Origin: Kudoa neothunni
Taxonomy: Eukaryota > Animalia > Cnidaria
Reading direction: 5' to 3'
Length of the DNA stretch: 64,000 bases
Assembly (NCBI GenBank): GCA_964304625.1
Contig: OZ199840.1
Coordinates: forward strand, 6,002,784-6,066,783
The notes under the pieces are model-generated. The model saw only the letters and a program-made list of their open reading frames with translations, did not search any database and had not been told where the DNA came from. The position numbers and the translations under genes were made by a program. Shown piece by piece: positions 54,465 through 64,000 of the stretch (positions within the stretch are counted from its first letter, which is position 1; the number at the start of each line of letters is the position of its first letter).

Positions 54465-55910
54465 TTATATTATTTTTGACATTGCAGCGTACTTCGCAGC
54501 TTCCAATCTGGTAATAAACCATTCCACTTGTTTGATAAGCCAATATTTATCTCTGGATTCCAAAAAAGCTTTCTGACTTGGAGCTATTAGTGAACGCTTT
54601 GTGACTGTGTCAGGTGGTTTTTCGATTGAAGAACGTTTGTATTCGAGAAGATTGTTTTGCAATTGCTTTTTATGAAATTGCATTTCATTTTTTGTAGTGT
54701 CTTTCAATTCCGATATCAACTTCAACACAGACATAGTATCTAGACCCAACTTATCCTGTAGATAATTTATAGCTTGAACTGCTTTTTTGGTTTCTTGGGC
54801 TAGATAAATTTGAAACATTAAAGAAAATAAATAATTATGGAGATTTACTAGAAATTTCTGATTTTTTGGGTGTGACCTCACTCAAACTTGGTTTAGTATA
54901 TGTCTTTGAATTGTCAACTGCATAATTCTGTGGAGTGTAAACATTGTAGAGGGAATTCTTCTTATTGTCATACGAATTATCATATACGGGCATTATAAAT
55001 TGTCTTGAGTTTCCAGTGTAGCTTGGCATAATACCGGACGGATATCCATTGCCTAACGATCCACTATCTACATTGTAGGTGTGAATGTTGCCGTAGTTTT
55101 TCAGGTATTTGTTGAACACTTTGTTAAATATGTCATATTTTGATTGTTCATTCGCATAGTATGTTGGAGAGTTATCAGTAGTCTGTTGGTAATAATTCAT
55201 GTAATAATTATATGGATAGTTCCAATTGGAAGTATCATATTGATAGGGGTAAGTGTAATAGGGGGGTTGATAAGGATTTTCGTAGTAATTTTGAGAGTTT
55301 ATATTGTTTAAAGAAATATATTTTGCCGCTTCAAGTTTAGTCACAGTAGAAGTGATATCATTTATAAGTTTGAGATCTTCTTTGTAGAGATCAATTTCTT
55401 TCTTTTTCACTTTCATCCACTGAAGAATTTTATTAATGCTAGCTGGTGAGGTATTTTCGATGGAGCCCAATTTTTGATATAATCGCTCATAATCATGCTC
55501 ACTTTGATCAATATTTGCTTGTATTTGGTTTCTGATAGTTTCACGATGTTCAATAAAATTTTGTGGATAGATTTGGAGTTGTTTTTCCAGTTCGTCCAAT
55601 TTAGAGACAGCCATCATCACCTCGGACGGAATTTTTGGAGTATTAGCAGTTCGATCTTGAGCTATTATAAACAGTTTTTATAATAAATCCAATAAAAACC
55701 CAAGTTACATGATGAATCAGATAGATCTCTGACAATAACTCCTTTTTTACTAGGGCTATTTGAGTTGGTGTCGCCTTGCTTCAATTTATCGTCTTGAGCA
55801 GCACTCAAGGCGTGATCTAACACTTTGTCCCGTTTCTCAACTAGAAACGGCGCTATTTTTGCCACCACCAACCCATATATTAGAATTTTTAACCATAAAA
55901 GTTTAAACAT
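54465..55910 (-). CDS. Secreted Tyr/Asn-rich protein with a duplicated helical domain, 3 exons, ~449 aa
   Basis: Signal-peptide-like MFKLLWLKILIYGLVVA. Introns 55662-55708 and 54800-54848 join the three ORFs in frame. Two related segments both end in T(K/R)LEAAKY. Confidence 0.8.
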
Positions 55911-57729
55911 CCCTGAAGGGACTAAGACGATTGAAGAGTTTTTCGATAGAATTAGTCAGTATGAATCTTGTGATTTCTCTACTCAATCAAAATTAACGCA
56001 GCTTGGGATTAAATTTATATGGTTTCCTGTTGTCAGATCAATTACAATGCTTTTCTACGTATTTTACACAGTCGAGCCATGACAATCAATTTTATTGAGT
56101 GCACATTGAATCCGAAACGATCCACGGTAATCGCATCGTTTCCGTCGTATTTAATTGGCATATTTTGTATTTGTAAAAAAATGGTGACCAAACTTTATTT
56201 TCTAGAAGATATCTGCGTTATTTCACTAGCACTCATGTGTAGGCTTCAAGCATTTATAAAATTTTAGTGGTACACTAAATTTCCAACCCACATGAGCCTC
56301 TCCGTGGGGTTTCTTACCGAAAAAATTGCTTATCGCATTAGTTAACCCATAGATACAATTACATGGAGATAGAGTGAATTTATGTAGAATAGTATTGCTA
56401 ATATAATATTAGTCTATTCATATCAACGCTCTTAATAAATTTTACTCAAAAAGGGATCGACTATTAGATTATTAATTTTGTTGTTTTGGTAATTTTAATC
56501 AATTTTGATCTAAAACTATTAAAGAGCGATTTTTAGAAGGAACTTTATAGAAAGAGGTACGATATTTTTATTAACCAAACACATTCAAATTGTTTTTGAC
56601 TATTGATTCCGTCACCCAGGCGATAATTTTATATTTATTCCAATGCTATAGTCACTCTTCTCCGTTTATTGACGATATATAGAACCGCTATAACTGTAAG
56701 TCCATAGCCATAAATTGGAATATCGTTCATTTTGACAGTTTATTCATTATTAATTATACATCACAATCTTTAAACAGGTTTAAGAGCTAAAAATCTTCAT
56801 CAAAGTTACCAATACCGAATGAAAGTACTTTCTAGTTAAACTTGGAAGTTATAAAACCTCCATAAGTCGTTCTTGAGCAATTATTTTTAGGAGGAAATTA
56901 AAAATATTACATTAATTAAATCGTTTTCGGTCGTTGTGTATGATTCAAAAATTTCTCTCTAAATAAGAAAGATTGAATTCTCAAGTGTCCTTCAGATCCG
57001 TATATACGATAGTTTAAAATATCCTTTGAAATATTTGATTATTCATATTTGATAAAAATATCTCAAAACGTGGAATAGCGACGTTAAATAAACAATGCTG
57101 CTTATCAACACAGAAATTCTGTTTAATACTCAACATTTTAATGCAAATATTTTTTGTTTACGACCTGAAGATAATATATTATGCAGAAGTAGATAGTTAT
57201 AACAATTTAAAATGTTAAAATGCTCAGAAAATTTGGTACCAGCCTTTATCATAAAATCACAAGAATACAAGAAAATTAAAAAAGAAAATCATATTCGTGT
57301 GTATCAACAGAAAGTAAAAGTCTCACTCTGTCTTTAAATGCACAGAAAATACATTATGTATCAAATTTTAATACAGTGGTTTATTATAATCAATAAGCTT
57401 GCATCGATCAATTTTTTGGTGCGTGCGCGTTAATTTTGATGTCAACTTCTCATTTTCAAAACTACTCTATATTTAAAAAGAGTTACACTTGAATCTTTTA
57501 AAAAGAGGTAAAACAGATTGAGTTTAAGTTTATATAATTTTTTTCTCGACGTAGATACGTTATGTAATAATAAATAATAATAATCATTATTTGTTAGATG
57601 ATAAACACCAATTTTTTTTAATTATTTGAAATTAATTATCCAACTATTCGAATATATATAAATATTTTTAAATTCTAACGAATTACATTTTAACAACAAA
57701 TTTTTAATAGAATACAATACGAATACGCA

Positions 57730-57770
57730 TTAACCCTCCCTGTCCGAAGCAAGGTTCCTTAGAGACCCTA
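57730..57770 (+). mobile_element. piggyBac-like terminal repeat (left end)
   Basis: TTAA-CCCTCCC...GGTTCCTTAGAGACCC resembles the other TTAA-CCCT ends with a subterminal palindrome. No partner end was found. Confidence 0.35.
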
Positions 57771-58239
57771 ATTTCAGTATTTTTCGCGTTACTCTGAAAC
57801 TGAACTATTGCCTTCTTAACTGTTATAGGAATGCCTCTATAAGGCTAAAAAGTAAGTATAGAAACTATAATTTTTTTTCTAATTATAGATCGTAAATATT
57901 ATAAATATAAGTTTTTATTACAATTAAGACATTATGTTTAAGATAAATTTACTCCTTTATTAATAATTTTAAAATGAATATATAAATTGAAATATTTATC
58001 AATATATATTTAGAATACATCATCGACTACCTTTCACGAGAAATACAAACAGAATGGAATCAATATCAGATATATTTATATTGAACAATATTAAAAAATA
58101 TTATTTTAAATAGTCAAAATGTGTAATCCATTAAAAAATTTAATTTTAACGTTAATTAATGATAAATGCAATGAGACCCATCTCAAAAATATAAATCTTA
58201 AAAATAAAGACGCAGTGAGAAAACAATCGAAAATTTCCG

Positions 58240-59962
58240 TTATGTAAATTGAATAAAAAAGGCTTCATATTTAATTTTTATAAGTTGCAGCAGTGGTATA
58301 AAATAAACCTCAGCCCATATTGGAGTACATCGGATGTTTTTGTGGTAGTTTTCTCCCCAACCCTTAACAAAGCTCATTTTAAAGGAAACGCACTTAACCA
58401 ACGCGCAAAAATCCCCAAAACATTCCAGTCGGCTGCAATTTAACAATTTTTGCCCGAATTCCAAGTCCATCACCTAATCAAATCCGCCTTAAACTTCAAA
58501 ACATTATTATTTTCTGGTTACCTCAAAAGAATTCATAGGATATACTTTGTGCACGTAGTAGAGTGGTAAATTGTATTTGTGATTATAGACTTCACTTTGA
58601 ACAAAAACTGATGCTTGAGATCTGTTTGTTAGACGTATACGACCCGACTCAAGGCCAATAACGATTCCGTCACCAACATAAGAGACGCAAGTTTTAGTCT
58701 TTTCAATCCAAATTGTAATATATAATGCAATACACCCAATAGATCACTTAGTTACTTTTTCCAAACTGTCATCATTGATTATGGAACCCAAAGAGATCCC
58801 ATCCGACCTGCTCAAGCTTGTATAACCATCAATACTTAGACTAGGTTTGTCCATATCAACTCTAAGTCCACATTTTTTTGAAAATTCGAACACGAGAATA
58901 CGATAAAAGTTTTCATTATTCATTCCACTTAAAATTTTCTCCAGATAGCTTTTACACTGTTGAGTAATGTAATCGTGCTCACAACAGAAATCTTTGTCAT
59001 TCAAATGTTTGATTACTGCAAAACATATAGAATAATAATGATTATTGTTAATCACATTTTCGGGTGAAGGTGTATCCCCATGGCTGTTTACCTGCTACCC
59101 TATTTCTACTAGAAAGAGAAAAGTTTTGTAAAACTTAACATAAAAACAAATACATCGAGTTGGAGGGATAAATAAGTTTCAATGATCTTTTATCTTTCTT
59201 GATGTATTTCTGGTAATTTTTAACTGCCAAAAATGTAATTCTCAACATGACCACAGTTAAATAAGAATACTTTTTCTCTCAATGTATTCAATCTGCTTTT
59301 CCCGGTTGACATTTTCATTTGTTTCAGTTAAAAATTCAACCTCTTCTAAAATTTTGATATAATTCAAACGAAAAGTCGATATTAGACGATAGATGTGTTC
59401 TTCTTCGATCAATATTTTTACAGTAGGATCTAATCCAGCTAAAGAAATAACCGCACTAGACTGATTATTAAATAGATTTGGTTACTGTACCTTCACAGAC
59501 GTAATGATGTGGATTTATGCATGCCACAATGTCACCACTAAACCTTGTGATTGTTATTGGAGAATTCAGCGGTCGATCGCAGTAGCAGCTGATGGGTGGC
59601 GGGTTTTCATGAACAATCGTTGGATTTGACCATATTTTATAACTTAAGATTCCAGGTCTCACTCTTACATTAGATATGTTAATTGTTCCTTCACTTTCAC
59701 AATAAACATTAACACATGGGGAATCTATTTCTATACAGAAATTATAAAACAACGAATAAACGAATATAGCGATTTCGCTACCTCCTGAAGTGATAATTTT
59801 TTCAAGTTCCATCAGTTTAAATGAATTATTCAAATGTTTGCATACCCATTCGGTAAAGTTAAGACGTAAAACAGTATAATTATTGAGTGTAGGAGCTTTC
59901 TTATGTTCATCGTTTATTTTCATGCTCAACCCAAAAAGGATCCTAGTGTGCATCTCCATCAT
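58240..59962 (-). CDS. SMAD: Highly diverged SMAD-family protein (MH1 + MH2), multi-exon
   Basis: MH1: ELEKIIT, PCV, PGILSYKIWSNP and CINPHHY. MH2: FEFSKKCG, SIDGYT, GISLGSI, YVGDGI, SVFVQS, HKVYP and CVSFKMSFVKGWGENY...TPIWAEV. The start codon is tentative. Confidence 0.88.
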
Positions 59963-60840
59963 TGTGAATGTAATAGGTGTGTTAAGAAACGGACGTTAAA
60001 CCTAAGTTATTTAGTGAAAATTGCCTAACGTAATCTTTAAATCTCAATGGAATTATCCTTTTTTCGTTTTTATGGATGCTGACATTGCATCATATCATCT
60101 TCAAAATTCGCAGCCAATGCCCCCTTAAAGTTGCTCCAAGTTTTTGACCAAAACGATCTTCCCCAGCAGTCAGTAGAGCTGGAAAAACTTTATCTTCAAA
60201 TTGTCAAAGTGAAACATTATGATAGTTTGTGGATATTATGGGAAGATGCCTGATTAATGATTGGAAGCTGAGCTTTAATTTTATAATCCGATATATAATA
60301 TTATATATCGACCAATAAATGTGTTTGATTTAACAAGTTATAAAGGATACATTAGAGCATATTAAAATACTATTAAAAATATAGTTTTTATCAACTGTAA
60401 TTATATAAACGCCAATAATTTTGACAAGTAACCATAAATTAAGTATTTGTTATGGCTTAGAGATATAATCGTTAAGATGACAAATTCACATAACAGATTG
60501 TAGAAATATTTCCTGTTATTAAACCGTGATATTTACAATTACAACAACAGAATATCACTAAAGTTTTTAATTATTAAAATTTTTATGTTATTTAAAGAAA
60601 AATTCCTTATCAAACTATAAAAAGTAGTCTAGTCGTTCTTATTAAATTAAATCTTATTTTTTTGTTATAACATTTTTGTTGAGTTAGTCTATTTTTAGCT
60701 AATGCACATAAAAAAATGTCGAACTTTATTTTATCGGCTTTTACTTTAATACACAGAGTAACCTGCAATCAGCAGTAAATAAATATCAATTCCAATGTTG
60801 AACTAGTTGCCCTAATCCACCCAAAGAAATGACTAAATCG

Positions 60841-61439
60841 ATGAAAATACCACTTTTATTATTCGTTGTTTCTAATTTGTTATGTCTAATCTCATTTATC
60901 TCAAGTAAATAAGAATGTCATTTGAATAGTCTTTAAACCCTATATAAACAATACAGATAGCCCCTCGATTGACAAAGGTTTAAGGTGTAAAACAAATGAT
61001 GATCAAGATAAACTCCTATTGGTGATTTCATGCAAAAACAAAAGGAAAGAAATTTTAACTTACAAATCAACAATAATTCCAACCCCGATGTGGATGATAG
61101 AAGAAACTTCGGCAATTACCCCAGAACAACCTGAAAACCTCCCTCATTACATTGTAACAACGATGTTCCACCCAGTTGTCAAATCTGCTGTGATTTCCAT
61201 TACTGGGTGCGGAAATGGAACAGCTAAAAATTGTGAAATTTATTCCTTAACTGGTATATTATGATTTGCGTCAATGTTTCTAATATAATTTTTCATCAGT
61301 TGATACACTCCTTTCGTATGATAGCAGTAGAGAGATCACCACCAACATAGAAGAAAGTAGCTTTTTTATAAAAAAATGTTTTATTTCATTCATGATTGTA
61401 TTAATAAAGTTAAATAATTATAATAATCTTAAAAATTAG
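60841..61439 (+). CDS. Small secreted, possibly GPI-anchored, orphan protein; about 4 exons
   Basis: Signal-peptide-like first exon MKIPLLLFVVSNLLCLISFIS ends at a GT donor. A Thr/Pro-rich middle exon contains GCGNGTAKNC, and the C-terminus is hydrophobic (FFIKKCFISFMIVLI). Exon joins are tentative. Confidence 0.45.
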
Positions 61440-64000
61440 TTCTATGCCGCCAACATACTTCTTTTTAAACATAATTTACCGAATTTGACAAAAAAACAAA
61501 GATGATTTTCGTTAATGGTCGAGAAATAGTTCCTTCTTTCTAGAAATAGAATCCAAACCTTATTTAGTTTAATTGTAATATTTGCATTCCTTCACTCAGC
61601 ATAAACCTTATTGTAATTAAATCTGAATTTATTTTTCAGAATTAGGTCTTTGGAGTCAATTTGATCCCAACAACTTTTCATAAGAGCGATAAAACATCAC
61701 GAGTTAAACTTATTTAAAAATCAAATCCTTGAAATTTTTATAGTTTAACCCACATTCCCACCATTTTTTTAATAACACTGAAGAGTATTTAAGCAAATGA
61801 CGTTGTATTTAAAAAAAAGAGCGTTTTGTATAATGGAAAAGCTAATATTATTAAAATATTATATTAAAAAAAAGAAATTACTCTCTTCTTCAAACACTTG
61901 ACGTAGAATGTAACTCGCCGAAAATTTGCTTCTCTTAGAGGTAGAAAAATTTTTAAACAATTGTTTTAAATAACACATAATGTATATGTGGCGGAGGAAT
62001 ATTTTAAATTCCCTATTACAACGAGACAATCAAGATTTTCATGGTGAGATTTATTTTAACAATAAGGCTGTTTACACGGTCGTACCATATCTGTCAACAT
62101 ATAGCTCGCATTCGAAGACTAACTTATTTAGTAATCATTTTTAAAAATTGTATACGCTCATATAAATTCGCTCAACTCAAGATTGCAAACATCAGTAATA
62201 GTGCACATCCATATTTTACCCCTTCATTATTCTTATAAGCGAATAATAATCAATATAGTTCATTCAATCATCGTTTGTAATTGAACTTAGCTATTGTAAC
62301 TCATCCTTTATGTGTCTATTTATATATTCAACAGTTAAATCTAACATTTCATTTTCCAGAAAATTTAAAATTACAAACACTGAAGTATCGCAATTTTTTA
62401 ATGCGATATTTTTAAAGGAGGTTTTATGTTTGAAAATGTTCTTTGCGTCAGTTTGTCTTCGAGTGTGTGTTGATTTTTCAGACCATTTTCTCCCACCTTA
62501 AATGCCACCGCGTAGATTTTTCGTTGGAAAGATAAATTTCATTATTGGCATAATAGAAACTCGAGGTGGGGTTCTCAATTATACAATTACTAAATTCAAA
62601 ATTAATTTCTTCAAATTGTGGCTCGCATTCAGCGAATTCAAAATTCATTGTGTCACGTGTGCGACTATAATTGGTAATATCCGTATTTTATTATTCGGTG
62701 ACTACAAAATTTTCTAAGTTTTCTATAAAAATACATGAATTTTTATTACATATAAAAGCCATTTAAAAAAATGTAAGAGTTTTTTCAAAATGTCCCCCCA
62801 CCGTGGGGAACGTAATATTTTTAGCATGTGCATGAGGGTTAATATGAACCTAATTATTGAATTTAAAGAAATAAACATGTGGTAAATATTTCGCGAAAAT
62901 AACAGAATATATCCGCGATAATGTATTTGAAAAATTAATGATTTTATCGCATAAATGTTGTTCATTTTTAGATTCTCAAATGAGATGTCAATTAAAATAT
63001 ATAAATATTTTATTCTTTTTCAAATTGAATCACTTTTACTTTAAAAGAAACAAAAAGATTTTTTGATAAGATTGACGTCAATTTAGACGACTGATAGACC
63101 AAAGGATAAAATAATTTGAGAGAATCAATATATCACCAAAAATTCTTTAATCTAAAATCATTTTTAATTCATATAACCTAAAAAATATATGTCATTGTTG
63201 CTTCTAACCACCTTTAGCAATATGAATATAACACAAATATAAGAAATACACCAGGTTGTATTTTAAGCTCTTAAGATTTGTTGGGTCATTTTGACCCAAT
63301 CAATATTGCTTGATGATTTTTTAAATCTAAATGATTTTCTAACAATATTAATACAAAATATAAAACGCAATTCTCCTTGCTAATTCAAATATAGTATAAC
63401 TATAAAATAGTTTCATAAATACATAAACTAAAAAATTTGTTCACAAGAAATTAATGGTGTCAAAAGAAGAAAAAATATTGTTGTTCTCTCATATACTCCT
63501 ATATCAGCTTGATATATGTTTAACCCGGCTTATTATCTTTTAAAATACTACAGAAACGAATGATTTAAAAATTTGTAGATACATTAATTTCATTTTCATT
63601 ACAAAATCTACGTAAGGGTAAAAGACAATACTAATTTTTCTACTTCTTATAAAATAATCTAAATTATAAATATAATCTTTTTTATTATATAATCGTAAAA
63701 TAGATCAATGCGTCTTGTGAATCAAGTTAAAAATTAGTTCGCGGTTTTTAACACTGCCAGCCTCAGTATTACAAGTTAGAGTATCGAGGTATTTTACTTA
63801 AAATGATCATAAAAGATTCCACAATATGAATATCAAAAGGTCGGCCTTATCGCTTTGTAAATCATATGATATAAAAATAATAATTACGATCATTAAATTT
63901 TTGGAGGAATTTTAATGTTGTATTCATAAATGAATAAACATTTAAATTGTATTATTATCATTAATTCTACATATTGGAACTTAATATTTTCATTAAACAA

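Overview
AT-rich nuclear DNA of an animal, judged from SMAD, Ski/Dac-domain and CaMKII genes. Genes are compact, with many 45-60 nt GT-AG introns and highly diverged proteins. This fits a reduced parasitic metazoan such as a myxozoan, but that assignment is inference. Gene islands alternate with decayed transposon fields. Recognisable genes are an isochorismatase-domain gene (ISOC), CaMKII, RIC8, NDUFV2, an Oxa1/Cox18-family insertase, REV1, a diacylglycerol kinase and an atypical SMAD. Orphan or unusual genes are a protein with tandem Ski/Sno/Dac-like domains, a secreted Tyr/Asn-rich protein with a duplicated helical domain, a small secreted or GPI-like protein, a possible NDUFB11 and an unknown multi-exon gene. 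The window also holds one dispersed 5S rRNA gene, several copies of a tRNA-derived SINE, and piggyBac, hAT, pogo/Tigger and Gypsy remnants. The most unusual segment is 51.2-61.4 kb (Ski-repeat gene, secreted repeat protein, atypical SMAD, small secreted protein). All homologies were judged by eye from remembered family motifs; no searches were run.
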